Source: Methanobacteriota archaeon (GTDB lineage Archaea; JAADCQ01; Methanopyri; Methanopyrales; Methanopyraceae). From it: a stretch of 64,000 bases of DNA. Made by a program: the position numbers and the translations under genes. The notes beneath the pieces were generated by a model. That model saw nothing but the letters and a program-made list of their open reading frames with translations, was not told the DNA's origin and did not search any database. This document shows positions 31,285 to 41,083 of the stretch, one piece after another (positions within the stretch are counted from its first letter, which is position 1; each line of letters begins with the position of its first letter). Where the stretch lies: positions 128,001-192,000 of the forward strand of contig JAMOPO010000015.1 of assembly GCA_027064425.1 (NCBI GenBank), given 5' to 3'.

Positions 31285-33026
31285 TCCTGGCCGAGAAGCC
31301 GAGCCTGGCCGCCACGATCACCGGCTTTCTCGGCGGAAAGTGGAGAGGCCGACGACTGCTGGGGTACGCTCACTACCGCGGCCGCCGGTTCGTCGTCACC
31401 AGCCTCTCCGGCCACGTGCTGGAGTGGTGGCCCAAGAACGACCCCGGCTTCAACCACCCCGACTACTTCCCGGACCCGGAGGAGTTCGAGGTCCGACCGC
31501 TCGAGGAGAAGAGGAAGTTCCTGCGGGCGGTCGAGTACGCCGTCTCGCGGTACGCCGGCGGGCGGGCGGACCGGGTGATCGTGGCGACCGACAACGACCC
31601 GGAGGGCGAGCTGATCGGGTGGGAAGTTCTCGTCTGGCTGCGAAAGCGCGGGAAGCTCGATGAACCCGAGCGGGCCCGACGCATGCGGTTCTCCGCTTAC
31701 ACCAAGCGGGACATCCTGAGAGCCCTCGAGGAGGCCCTACGAGGCGAGCGCGTGAATCCGAGCATGGCCTACTCCGCCCTTGCTCGCACCATCGCCGACT
31801 GGCTCTACGGGATCCCGCTGACCCGAAAGCTCTCCCAGGGCAGCGATGGGATCATCTCCGTGGGCCGGGTCCAAACGCCGACACTCAAGCTGGTGGTCAA
31901 GCGGGAGCGAGAGCGCGAGGAGGCCAAGAAGAAGCGTCGCCACTACTGGGTGCTCGTCGCGGACACTCCCGCCTGCCGGCTGAGGACGGAGGAGAAGATC
32001 CGCGACCCTGAGAAGGCCCGCCGGCTCGCGCGGCGGATCCGCGAGCTGGAGGTCGTCCGCGTCGAGCGCGAGCGGAAGCGAGTACCACCCCCGCCCCCGT
32101 TCAACCTGACCGACCTGCAGCGGGCCGCCGGCAAGATCCTGAAAATCTCGCCGAAGAAGGCCCTCGACACGGCCCAGCGGCTCTACGAGGAGGGCCTGAT
32201 CACGTACCCCAGAACGGCCACGAACAGGTACCCGCCCACCTTCAACCACGACGCCCTACTGCGCAAGCTGGAGCGGGCTCACCCGGGCGCGATGGCGGAC
32301 TTCCGCCGGGCCGGGCGGCGCGGCAAGCCCGTGTCCGGTAAGGAGTACGACGGTGCTCACCCGCCCATCACCCCGACCGGGGAGCGGAAGCGCGTCAAGG
32401 ACCGGCTCGGGACGCTAGCCTGGAAGCTCTACGACCTGGTCACCCGGCGCTACCTGGCCACGCTGTCCAGGGACGCCGAGGTGCTGGAGTGGAAGATCGT
32501 CGCTCGGGACCCTGACACGGGCACCAGGTTCGTCGCGGAGGGCAAGGAGGTCAAGTTCGAGGGCTGGTACGCGGTTTACCCGTGGGAGAAGCCGAAGGAG
32601 CGAAGGATGCCCAGCGTGCGCGAGGGGCAGGTCCTGCGGGCCCGAGTCCGGGCCGTGAAGCGGAAGGAGCCGCTGCCGCCGCGGTACTCGCAGTCGCGGC
32701 TCGTGGCGAAGATGAAGAAGCTGGGGCTCGGGACGGAGTCCACCCGGGCGGAGATCGTGAAGAAGCTCTTCGACCGGGGGTACGTGAAGCGATCGGGTCG
32801 AGGGATGAGGCCCACGCGCCGCGGGGAGCGGTTGATCGAGGTGATGGAGGAGAAGATCCCCGAGCTGGTGAGCGTGGAGCTCACGCGCCGGATCGAACAG
32901 AAGATGGAGGAGATCTCGGAGCTGCCGCCCGAGAAAGCTCGAAAGCGAATGGAAGAGGTCACGAGGGAGGTAAAGCGAGCGGTCCGGAGGAACGCGAAGA
33001 AACTCGACGAGGTTCGGGTGGTATAA
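31263..33026 (+). CDS. topA: Type IA DNA topoisomerase (Topo I/III), no C-terminal Zn ribbons
   Basis: LAEKPS, ATDNDPEGE, SVGRVQTP, LITYPRT, GLGTESTR. Confidence 0.95.
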   Translation: MSKETMVILAEKPSLAATITGFLGGKWRGRRLLGYAHYRGRRFVVTSLSGHVLEWWPKNDPGFNHPDYFPDPEEFEVRPLEEKRKFLRAVEYAVSRYAGGRADRVIVATDNDPEGELIGWEVLVWLRKRGKLDEPERARRMRFSAYTKRDILRALEEALRGERVNPSMAYSALARTIADWLYGIPLTRKLSQGSDGIISVGRVQTPTLKLVVKREREREEAKKKRRHYWVLVADTPACRLRTEEKIRDPEKARRLARRIRELEVVRVERERKRVPPPPPFNLTDLQRAAGKILKISPKKALDTAQRLYEEGLITYPRTATNRYPPTFNHDALLRKLERAHPGAMADFRRAGRRGKPVSGKEYDGAHPPITPTGERKRVKDRLGTLAWKLYDLVTRRYLATLSRDAEVLEWKIVARDPDTGTRFVAEGKEVKFEGWYAVYPWEKPKERRMPSVREGQVLRARVRAVKRKEPLPPRYSQSRLVAKMKKLGLGTESTRAEIVKKLFDRGYVKRSGRGMRPTRRGERLIEVMEEKIPELVSVELTRRIEQKMEEISELPPEKARKRMEEVTREVKRAVRRNAKKLDEVRVV

Positions 33027-33029
33027 ACC

Positions 33030-33731
33030 ATGGTGGAGGCCGAGAAGGCCAAGATCCGGCGGAAGGTGTGGCAGGAGCTGGAGGAGTCCGGTGAGGCGGC
33101 TCCGCCGTTCCCCATCGAGGGCCGGATCCCGAACTTCAAGGGCGCCCAGCTCGCGGCCAGGAACCTGACCTCGACCGACGACTACGAGGACGCGGACGTG
33201 ATCAAGGTCAACCCGGACTCACCGCAGCGCCCAGTTCGGGAACGAGCCCTTCGGGACGGCAAGACGCTGATTATGCCCACGCCGCGCCTGCGCCGGGGCT
33301 TCCTGGTGGTGAAGAACCCGCGTAACCCGCGCCGGGCTTCCACCATCGGCGGGGCGTTCCAGGAGGGTCGCCTCGCGATGCCCGACGAGCTGCCCGCGCC
33401 GGACCTGGTGGTGGCGGGCTCCGTGGCGGTGGCACCGGACGGGGCCCGGCTGGGCAAGGGTGGCGGGTACTTCGACCTCGAGTGGGGTATCCTGGCCGAG
33501 CTAGGGCTGGTGGACGAGGACACGCCCGTTCATACGACCGTCCACGACATCCAGGTGCTGCCGGCCGGCGAGATCCCCATGGAGGAGCACGACGTTCCCG
33601 TCGACGTCGTTCACACGCCCACGGGGACCAACGAGTGCGACCGGAAGTACGAGAAGCCGGAGGGGTTACTCCGGGACCGAGTGAAGGAGAAGCTGGATGA
33701 GGTGAAGTGGTTGCGAGATTACCTGGACTGA
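33030..33731 (+). CDS. 5-formyltetrahydrofolate cyclo-ligase family (MTHFSD-like)
   Basis: GRIPNFKGA, KVNPDSPQ, GARLGKGGGYFD. Confidence 0.9.
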   Translation: MVEAEKAKIRRKVWQELEESGEAAPPFPIEGRIPNFKGAQLAARNLTSTDDYEDADVIKVNPDSPQRPVRERALRDGKTLIMPTPRLRRGFLVVKNPRNPRRASTIGGAFQEGRLAMPDELPAPDLVVAGSVAVAPDGARLGKGGGYFDLEWGILAELGLVDEDTPVHTTVHDIQVLPAGEIPMEEHDVPVDVVHTPTGTNECDRKYEKPEGLLRDRVKEKLDEVKWLRDYLD

Positions 33732-33772
33732 TATCCCCAGACTAACCGCTGCTAACGGACTGCGCGTCCGAG

Positions 33773-34951
33773 CTAGTCGGCCGAGTCGGCGATCACGTCC
33801 GCGAGCTCCGTGAGCGCCGTCTCCAGCTCCTCTTCCTCGATAACTAGCGGCGGCACCAGCCGGATCACGTCTCCCGAGGTCACGTTCACTAGCACGCCTC
33901 GGTCCAGCATCTCTCGCGCGATCTCCTCGGCCCGGTCCTCGTCACCGACCTCGATACCGATCATCAGACCCTTGCCTCTGACCTCCACCACGTGATCCTC
34001 GATCTCCGACAGGATCTCCATCGCCAGCTCTCCCTTCCGCTCCGCGGCCTTCGGCAGGTCCTCCTCCAGCACCGTGCGCACCGTGGCCACCACGGCGGCG
34101 CACGCCAGTGGGTTGCCGCCGAACGTCGACCCATGGTCCCCGGGCTCGAAGGCCTCCGCAACCTCTTCCCGGGCGATCGTCGCGCCGACCGGAACCCCTC
34201 CCCCCAATCCCTTGGCGAGGCAAACGATGTCCGGCACGATGCCCTCGTGCTCGAACGCGAAGAACCTCCCGGTCCGCCCCATTCCCGTCTGGACCTCGTC
34301 GACGATCAGCAGCGCCCCGTACTCGTCGCAGAGCTCGCGCAGCCCCTTCAGAAAGCCCTCCGGCGGAACCCGGACGCCACCCTCGCCCTGCACCGGCTCC
34401 ACAATAACCCCGGCCGTGTCCTCGTCGATGGCCTCCTCCACGGCGTCCAGGTCGCCGTAGGGTACGTGTTCGAAGCCTGGGACCAGGGGCTCGAACGGCT
34501 CACGGAACTCGGGTTTCCAGGTCGCGGAGAGCGATCCCAGGGTGCGGCCGTGGAAGCCGTGCTCAAACGCGATGAACTTGGTGCGGCCCGTGTACTTCCG
34601 GGCGAGCTTGATCGCGCACTCCATGCTCTCGGTCCCGGAGTTGCAGAAGAAGACCCGGTTGAGGTCCCCGGGGGCCGTCTCCGCGAGGAGCTTCGCGGCC
34701 TCGGCCTGGGGCTCGTTGTAGTACAGGTTGGAGCAGTGGATCAGCCGGGAGGCCTGCTCGGTGATGGCCTCCACCACGGCCGGGTGGCAGTGCCCGAGCA
34801 CGTTCACCGCGATCCCGGCCACGAGGTCGATGTACTCGCGCCCCTCGTCGTCCTTCACCCGGGCTCCCTTACCCTCCACGATCGTGATCGGAAACCGGGA
34901 GTAAACGTCCATGTGGTACTCGTCCAGGATCTCCTTCGCGTTCAGGATCAC
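33773..34951 (-). CDS. argD: Acetylornithine aminotransferase
   Basis: GFHGRT, EPVQGEGG, DEVQTG, AKGLGGG, HGSTFGGNP. Confidence 0.93.
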   Translation of the reverse strand: MILNAKEILDEYHMDVYSRFPITIVEGKGARVKDDEGREYIDLVAGIAVNVLGHCHPAVVEAITEQASRLIHCSNLYYNEPQAEAAKLLAETAPGDLNRVFFCNSGTESMECAIKLARKYTGRTKFIAFEHGFHGRTLGSLSATWKPEFREPFEPLVPGFEHVPYGDLDAVEEAIDEDTAGVIVEPVQGEGGVRVPPEGFLKGLRELCDEYGALLIVDEVQTGMGRTGRFFAFEHEGIVPDIVCLAKGLGGGVPVGATIAREEVAEAFEPGDHGSTFGGNPLACAAVVATVRTVLEEDLPKAAERKGELAMEILSEIEDHVVEVRGKGLMIGIEVGDEDRAEEIAREMLDRGVLVNVTSGDVIRLVPPLVIEEEELETALTELADVIADSAD

Positions 34952-35850
34952 TCCCCCTCCAGCAGGCCCAGGTCCTTCAGCACCCGCTTGAGGAGCTCCT
35001 TGGTGTCTTCCCGGGCCTCCTTTAGGGGCGGCCTCGGGGGGCTGGACGCCATGCCGACCATCTCCGCGGCCGCCTTGACGGGGATCGGGTTCGTCTCGGT
35101 GAACAGGGCCCGGTGCAGCGGGAGCAGCTTGTAGTGGAGCTCTCGCGCCTTCTCCAAGTCACCCCGCTTCCAGGCCTCGTACATCTCGACCATCAGCTCG
35201 GGGGCTACGTTGGCCGTCACGGAGATCACGCCACAGCCGCCCACGGCCAGGATGGGCAGGGTCAGCTCGTCCACGCCGGACAGCACGATGAAGTCGTCGG
35301 GGGTCTCCTCCACGAAGCGCTGAACCAGGTCCAGGTCGCCGCTCGCCTCCTTCACCCCGATGATGTGTGAGTACTCCTCAGCGAGCTTGGCGGCCGTCTC
35401 AGGGTCCAGTGAGCACCCGGTCCGCGAGGGCACGTTGTAGAGAATGATCGGGCACTCGACCGCCTCGGCGATCCGGGAGAAGTGAAGGTACAACCCTTCC
35501 TGCGGCGGCCGGTTGTAGTACGGGACCACGGACAGGATCGCGTCGGCACCCACGTCCTCAGCGTACCGGGAGAGCTCGAGCGCTTCCCGGGTCGAGTTCG
35601 AGCCGGCGCCGGCGATGACGGGAACCTTACCGTTCACCTCGTCCACAACGATCTCGATCACGCGCCGGTGCTCCGCGTGGCTGAGTGTGGAGGACTCACC
35701 GGTCGTCCCGGCCGGGACGACCCCGTGCACGCCGGCCTCGATCAGCCTTGAAACGTTCTCGCGGAGGCCTTCCTCGTCGATCCCTTTAAGGTCGTCCGTG
35801 AACGGTGTGATCAGGGCGGGAATGACGCCCTCAATGTCCACGCCGGTCAA
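34948..35850 (-). CDS. dapA: 4-hydroxy-tetrahydrodipicolinate synthase
   Basis: GTTGES, YNVPSRTG, GVKEASG, ETNPIPVK. Confidence 0.96.
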   Translation of the reverse strand: MTGVDIEGVIPALITPFTDDLKGIDEEGLRENVSRLIEAGVHGVVPAGTTGESSTLSHAEHRRVIEIVVDEVNGKVPVIAGAGSNSTREALELSRYAEDVGADAILSVVPYYNRPPQEGLYLHFSRIAEAVECPIILYNVPSRTGCSLDPETAAKLAEEYSHIIGVKEASGDLDLVQRFVEETPDDFIVLSGVDELTLPILAVGGCGVISVTANVAPELMVEMYEAWKRGDLEKARELHYKLLPLHRALFTETNPIPVKAAAEMVGMASSPPRPPLKEAREDTKELLKRVLKDLGLLEGE

Positions 35851-35865
35851 GGCGTGTCCTCCCGG

Positions 35866-36081
35866 TTACTCCTCCTCGGCCTCCTCCTTCTGCTTCTCCT
35901 TGAGCTTCATCAGGTGAGTGACGTAGCCCGCGATCAGGTTCCGGAGGCGCTTGGTCTTAGGCTCCGCCACGATCTCAACGACCTTCTTGTTGTGCTCGAA
36001 GTCGGTCGTCAGGTACTCCTCGTACTTCTCCACGATCTCCCGAGCCGGCCGCTTGACGAACGAGGGGCGGACTTTACCCAT
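35866..36081 (-). CDS. rps17e: 30S ribosomal protein S17e
   Basis: MGKVRP, DFEHNK, RNLIAGYVT. Confidence 0.97.
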   Translation of the reverse strand: MGKVRPSFVKRPAREIVEKYEEYLTTDFEHNKKVVEIVAEPKTKRLRNLIAGYVTHLMKLKEKQKEEAEEE

Positions 36082-36358
36082 CCTCCATCACCCCTCGCTG
36101 CACCCTCTTGCTGGCCTCAAGGAGCGAGTCCAGGATCAGGTCCGCGAGCGCGGGATCCAACCCCTCAGCTTTAAACCTCTCCCTCCACCTCCTCCGGAGC
36201 TCCCGCTCCCGCTCGCGGTCGGTCAGTGGCAGACCCTCCCTGGCCTTGACCCTCCCGATCTTCTCAGCGACCTTCAGCCTGCGGATGATGGTGTCCAGGA
36301 GATCCTCGTCGATGTCGTCAATTTGCCGCCTAAGACCCTCGAGCGCGCTCAAGACCAA
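36074..36358 (-). CDS. Chorismate mutase (AroQ type)
   Basis: LRRQIDDID, R...A.KIG..K, DRERE; start approximate. Confidence 0.9.
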   Translation of the reverse strand: MVLSALEGLRRQIDDIDEDLLDTIIRRLKVAEKIGRVKAREGLPLTDRERERELRRRWRERFKAEGLDPALADLILDSLLEASKRVQRGVMEDG

Positions 36359-37169
36359 CGACCCGCGCCCGAAGCGTTCTCCCCAGTTCTTCCCACTCAT
36401 CCTCTACGGCCTGGGCGTCCGAGCCGGTCTCGCACAGGGCCACGTAGGCCGGCCCGGTGCCGGATAACCCCGCCGCTGCCGCCCCGGCCTCCAGCGCGTC
36501 CACCACGGGGTCCAGGTCGTGCCCCAGCAGGGGACAGTACGCGGCCGAGTTGATCAGCATCGCCGACCGGTAGTCGCCGGCGAGCGCTCGCTCGAAGGCT
36601 GCCTCCGCCACCGGAGCCACCCTCTCCAGTCGCTCAACGTCCACCTCCCTGGTCTCCACCCTTCCTCCGGGGAGGAGGATCACCGCGTGATCGTAGGGGG
36701 GCTCGCGCAGGTCGACGATCCTGCGCTCGTCGTTCAGCGTGAGCACGATCCCGCCCAAAAAGGAGGCGCAGGCGTCGTCGTAAGCTCCCGTCGCCGTCAC
36801 TCCCGCCCTGATGCTGGCCTCGACCCCGAGCCGGACGACCTCGATGGGCTCCGGGTCCTCCCCCAGCGCCCGGAGCAGCGCCTCGATCACGGCGTTCGAT
36901 ACGGCGCTGCTGCTGGCCAGGCCCACCGCCACCGGGATCTCCGAGTCGATCTCGATGCGGAAGCCCACGTCCTCACCGGTCCGCTCCCGCACCACGTCGG
37001 CGCAGTGCTCGACGAGCGACGTGTCGTCAACGTCCGTCCTGACCTCGTCCTCGTCGGCCACCTGAGCACGGACGGTAACCTTCAAATCAAGCGCGAAGGC
37101 GCACCCCTTCTTGGCGGAGATGGCGTTGACGATGGTGCCGGCGGCGTAGGCGCTGCCCCGTCCCGGCAC
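36330..37169 (-). CDS. aroK: Archaeal shikimate kinase (GHMP)
   Basis: IPVAVGLASSSA, TGAYDDA, GLSGTGP. Confidence 0.93.
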   Translation of the reverse strand: MPGRGSAYAAGTIVNAISAKKGCAFALDLKVTVRAQVADEDEVRTDVDDTSLVEHCADVVRERTGEDVGFRIEIDSEIPVAVGLASSSAVSNAVIEALLRALGEDPEPIEVVRLGVEASIRAGVTATGAYDDACASFLGGIVLTLNDERRIVDLREPPYDHAVILLPGGRVETREVDVERLERVAPVAEAAFERALAGDYRSAMLINSAAYCPLLGHDLDPVVDALEAGAAAAGLSGTGPAYVALCETGSDAQAVEDEWEELGRTLRARVVGLERARGS

Positions 37170-37189
37170 GATACCACCCCGGCACGCTC

Positions 37190-37368
37190 ACTAGAGCCCG
37201 AGCGCGGGCCCGCCCCGGCGCGGCAGGCGGTGGGGAGGTGGCTGAGGGCCGCCGATGATCCACCGTTCAACGGTCGGGGCACACGGGCGATGAGCCCCGC
37301 TGGCCCGACCGGGCGGAGTTGGGCTCGCGCCCGACGATGACGCCCCGGTCCCGTCGGGCGGGGTACAG
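37190..37368 (+). ncRNA. H/ACA-like guide RNA, possibly multi-hairpin
   Basis: Hairpin 37212-37283: gccccg/cggggc lower stem, ggtgg-CTGA..ATGA-tccacc K-loop, ACA 16 nt below the upper stem; further hairpins end in ACG and ACA. Confidence 0.6.
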
Positions 37369-37821
37369 TCACTCCTTTGGTTTCTCCAATCGCTCCATGA
37401 CGAACTCGCACTTCTCCTCGTCCACGTTGATCTCCTTCATGCGCATCTCCTGGTTGAACGTCTCCTCGGTGGCCTTCAGGATGAAGGAGGCGAACGGGCA
37501 GACCACCGGCACCTTGTCGCGCCTCAGCAGCGCCCGCTTCGCGTCGGAGAAGGGGCACTCGACCACCGTCACGCGGATCTCGTCCTCGGTCTCCTCAACC
37601 TCGACCGCCTCCACCGAGTCCAGCTTCTCGAGCACGTCCTCGATGTCGTGGGCCAGTGACTCCGCCGTGTCCCCTGTGATCTCCAGCAGCTCCTCGTCCT
37701 CAATGTGCTTGAGCATCGCACGGCCGGCGATCCGGTTGAGTGCCAGTGCCATCTTGCCATGCGTCTCGTAAAGGGCCTCTTGCAGCCCAATCACGAAGAG
37801 CTTTGATACCTTCTTCACCAT
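37369..37821 (-). CDS. V4R/methanogen output domain protein
   Basis: VVECPF...VVCPF...CEF Cys pattern. Confidence 0.7.
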   Translation of the reverse strand: MVKKVSKLFVIGLQEALYETHGKMALALNRIAGRAMLKHIEDEELLEITGDTAESLAHDIEDVLEKLDSVEAVEVEETEDEIRVTVVECPFSDAKRALLRRDKVPVVCPFASFILKATEETFNQEMRMKEINVDEEKCEFVMERLEKPKE

Positions 37822-37830
37822 ATCCCCGCG

Positions 37831-39180
37831 CTACCCCCTTAGCACGTTTCTTATAACTCTACCGAGCTCCCCACCTATTCTCGGGATGCGGCCGCTCTGG
37901 ATGTCCTCGAGCACCTCCTTCATCATCTTATAGTGGTTTAAGAGTTCTATGACGTCCTTCTCGGACGTGCCCGAACCGATCGCTATCCTCCTGATTCTGG
38001 ACTTGTTCAGGATCTCCGGGTTCTTCAGCTCCTCCTCGGTCATCGAATCCATGATCACCTTGTACTTCTTCAGCCGCTCCTCCGTGATCTTGGACAGCTC
38101 CTTCGCCCGGCGCCCCGCACCCATTCCGGGCACGAGCTGTAGCAGCTTATCCACGGGCCCCATCTTGCTCAGCGCCTCAAGCTGCTCGTACAGGTCCTTC
38201 AGCGTGAACTCGCCCTCCAGGACGTCCTCCTCTCCCTCTTCCTCCTCCTCAAGCATCTCCTCCGTGCGCCGCAGCAGCTCGTCGATGTCGCCGATGCCCA
38301 GCAGCCGCGCCACGAAGCTCTTCGGGTTGAACTCCTCCAGGTCGTCCAGCCGCTCACCGGTTCCAATGAACTTGATCGGAGCGCCCGTCCTGGCCACGGC
38401 CGAGAGCGCTCCGCCTCCCTTCGCCGCCGTGTCGAGCTTGGTCAGGATCACCCCCGTCAGCGGGACCGCCTCGTGGAACGCCTCCGCGTGATCGCCCGCC
38501 TTCTGACCCACCGTGGCGTCCAGCACCAGCAGCACCTCGTGCGGCTCCACCTTCTCCGCCATCTCCTTGAGCTCCTCGATCAGGTCCTCGCTCAGCCGAT
38601 CCCGGCCCGCCGTGTCGATGATAATCACGTCACACTCGTCCTTGAGCGCCTCGACGCCCTTGACGGCCATCTCAACGGCGTCGTCCGTGTCCTCCGTGTG
38701 GACGGGGGCCCCAACCTCCTCGGCCAGCTGCCGCAGCTGCTCGTCAGCCGCCGGTCGGTAAGGGTCCGCGCAGACGAGGCCGACCTTGAACCCCCTCCGC
38801 TGCAGGTACCGGGCCAGCTTGGCCGCCGTGGTGGTTTTACCCATTCCGTAGAGACCAACCAGCATAATGACGTTGACGTCACGGGACGGGTCCACGTCGA
38901 GCTCCTCCGTCTCCTCACCGCCCAGCAGCTCGACCAGCTCCTCGTACACGATCCTTAGCAGGTAGTCGCGCTTGGGCACGCCGGCGGGCGGCTCCTCCTC
39001 CAGCGCCCGCTTCTCGATCCGCTTGCTGAGATCCAGCACGAGCTGCACGTCCACGTCCGCCTCGAGCAGCGCCCGCTGAACGTCGCGCACCACCTCCTTC
39101 ACGAGCTTCTCGTCGATGACCGGGGCACCCTTGATCTTGTCCACTAGCGAGGAGAGACGGTCGCCCAGTCCCCCGATCAC
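37831..39180 (-). CDS. srp54: Signal recognition particle protein SRP54
   Basis: GLYGMGKTT, DTAGR, TKLD, M domain SRIRRIAIGSG. Confidence 0.98.
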   Translation of the reverse strand: MIGGLGDRLSSLVDKIKGAPVIDEKLVKEVVRDVQRALLEADVDVQLVLDLSKRIEKRALEEEPPAGVPKRDYLLRIVYEELVELLGGEETEELDVDPSRDVNVIMLVGLYGMGKTTTAAKLARYLQRRGFKVGLVCADPYRPAADEQLRQLAEEVGAPVHTEDTDDAVEMAVKGVEALKDECDVIIIDTAGRDRLSEDLIEELKEMAEKVEPHEVLLVLDATVGQKAGDHAEAFHEAVPLTGVILTKLDTAAKGGGALSAVARTGAPIKFIGTGERLDDLEEFNPKSFVARLLGIGDIDELLRRTEEMLEEEEEGEEDVLEGEFTLKDLYEQLEALSKMGPVDKLLQLVPGMGAGRRAKELSKITEERLKKYKVIMDSMTEEELKNPEILNKSRIRRIAIGSGTSEKDVIELLNHYKMMKEVLEDIQSGRIPRIGGELGRVIRNVLRG

Positions 39181-40271
39181 GCCGACTCACCCCCGGTGAC
39201 GCGCTCGACGAACCACTCCGGGGTGAACCGCTTCAGGTCGTCGTAGCCCTGCCCCACGCCTAAGTATAGGATGGGGGCCCCGGTCACCTTGGTGATGGAC
39301 AGGACCGCACCTCCCTTCGCGTCCGCGTCCACCTTGGTCAGGATGGCGCAGTCGATGCCGACGTACTCGTCGAACGTCCGAGCCTGCTCCACGGCGTCGT
39401 TGCCCGCGAGCGCGTCTCCCACGAAAATAACCAGGTCGGGCTCGAGCACGCGCTTCATCTTCTTGAGCTCTTCCATCAGGTTCACGTCCGTGTAGGCCCG
39501 GCCGGCGGTGTCCACCAGCACGACATCCTTGCCCTTCGACTCCGCGTGCTGGACCGCGTTGAACGCGACCGCCGCCGGATCGTCGCCTTTCTCGCCCTTG
39601 ATCAGCGTGACCCCGAGCCGCTCGGCGTGCTCCTCCAGCTGCTCAATCGCGGCGGCTCGAAACGTGTCCGCGGCGGCGATGACCACGGAGTAGCCGCGGT
39701 CCTTGAGCAGCTTGGCCACCTTGGCGATGGTCGTCGTCTTGCCGCTGCCGTTCACGCCGACGAACATGAGAACGGCGGGCCGGCCCTCCTCTCGGGCCTT
39801 TTCCACGACCTCGAACAGGTCGACCTCCTTCTCCGGCTCGAGCACGGAGAGCAGCGCCCGCCTGAGGCTCCGCTCGACGACCTTAGGGATCTCGGACTTG
39901 CCCTTCACCTTCTTGCCGATCAGCTCCTGCTCGAGCTCCTCCCGGATACTCTCCGCCACCTCCACCGCCACGTCGTTGCTGATCAGCTCCAGCTCGAGCT
40001 CGTCCAGAACGTCCTTAACATCCTCCCGGGTGATCATGACCTCGCGCTTGATCACCCGCTTCAGCTTCTCCTTCAGCGAGGGCTTCTCCAGCTCCTCCGG
40101 AATCTCCTCCCTCTCGTCTCGCTCCTCGGGCTTTTCGCGCTCTTCAATCGTTTCGGTTTCCTTAACTTTTCCCGGCTCGCTTTCGGCCCCCGCCTCCTCG
40201 GCCCGCTTCTCCACGCGCCTGGTGACCCTCTCCTTGACGCTGCTGAGCAGCTCCTTCATCTTTCCGAACAC
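39177..40271 (-). CDS. ftsY: SRP receptor FtsY
   Basis: GVNGSGKTTT, DTFRAAA, DTAGR, GVGQGYDDL. Confidence 0.98.
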   Translation of the reverse strand: MFGKMKELLSSVKERVTRRVEKRAEEAGAESEPGKVKETETIEEREKPEERDEREEIPEELEKPSLKEKLKRVIKREVMITREDVKDVLDELELELISNDVAVEVAESIREELEQELIGKKVKGKSEIPKVVERSLRRALLSVLEPEKEVDLFEVVEKAREEGRPAVLMFVGVNGSGKTTTIAKVAKLLKDRGYSVVIAAADTFRAAAIEQLEEHAERLGVTLIKGEKGDDPAAVAFNAVQHAESKGKDVVLVDTAGRAYTDVNLMEELKKMKRVLEPDLVIFVGDALAGNDAVEQARTFDEYVGIDCAILTKVDADAKGGAVLSITKVTGAPILYLGVGQGYDDLKRFTPEWFVERVTGGESA

Positions 40272-40296
40272 GGCTCAATCCCCCAAAGACGTGGGG

Positions 40297-40818
40297 TTAA
40301 GAGCCGCCGGAGGAGCCTCCCGTCTGCCGCTGCTGAGCGGTCTGCGGAGCCTGCTGGGCCTGCTGCGGCGGCTGGGCCAGACCGAGCTTCTCGGCCAGCT
40401 GCTGCGCCTCACGCTGCTTCTCCTGCAGCTCCTGCGAGAGCTTCTGCAGCCGCTTTTGCGCCTCCGAGCGCGCCTTCTCCAGCTCCTGCCGCCGGTTATC
40501 GATGGACTCCAGCGCCTCGTCGATCGTGCGCTCGACGGCCACGCCCGCGCCGATGCCCACGATGACCTTGTCCGTGTCCACGATCGTCGCCTTCACGAAC
40601 GACTGGGCGCCGACGGGGACCAGGACCTCCTCCTCGCCCTTGAGCTCGCGCACGCCCTTGAGCGTCTCCTCCACGCGATTCAGCTCCTCGATGGAGGACT
40701 CGATCAGGTCCAGCTGCGCGTTGATCGCCTCCATTTGACCTTGCAGCTGCTGGATCTCGGCCAGCAGGCGCTGAAGCTTCTCCCGGTCCTTCTCCTTCCC
40801 TTCCTTCTCCGCCATCAC
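40297..40818 (-). CDS. pfdA: Prefoldin alpha subunit with Gln-rich tail
   Basis: VLVPVGA, VIVGIGAGVAVE; coiled coils. Confidence 0.95.
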   Translation of the reverse strand: MMAEKEGKEKDREKLQRLLAEIQQLQGQMEAINAQLDLIESSIEELNRVEETLKGVRELKGEEEVLVPVGAQSFVKATIVDTDKVIVGIGAGVAVERTIDEALESIDNRRQELEKARSEAQKRLQKLSQELQEKQREAQQLAEKLGLAQPPQQAQQAPQTAQQRQTGGSSGGS

Positions 40819-41069
40819 TCCTCCACCCCGAGGAGCCTCCTGAGCACGGGGTCCTCGACGTCTTCCGGCTCGATCTCCTTGATCTCCTCGATCCGAATCT
40901 CCGTCCGAGACACCCGGTGCTCGCTGCCCAGCTCGGAGTACACCTTCTCGAGCGCCTCCTCCTTGCAGGTGGCCGTCACCTGCTTCCGGAAGGGCTGCTT
41001 GGGCTCGTCACCCATCCGGAACGTGCCGCGGACCTCGTACACCCTCACCTCGGGACCCTCCTCCGACAC
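40815..41069 (-). CDS. rpl18a: 50S ribosomal protein L18Ae/LX
   Basis: EKVYSELGSEH; operon position. Confidence 0.92.
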   Translation of the reverse strand: MSEEGPEVRVYEVRGTFRMGDEPKQPFRKQVTATCKEEALEKVYSELGSEHRVSRTEIRIEEIKEIEPEDVEDPVLRRLLGVEE

Positions 41070-41083
41070 GGGGCACACCCCCA

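Noticed and set aside
37190-37368. SRP (7S) RNA, given proximity to srp54/ftsY
   Set aside because: Too short (about 180 nt versus about 300 nt) and no helix 8 motif recognised; K-loop and ACA features fit H/ACA better.
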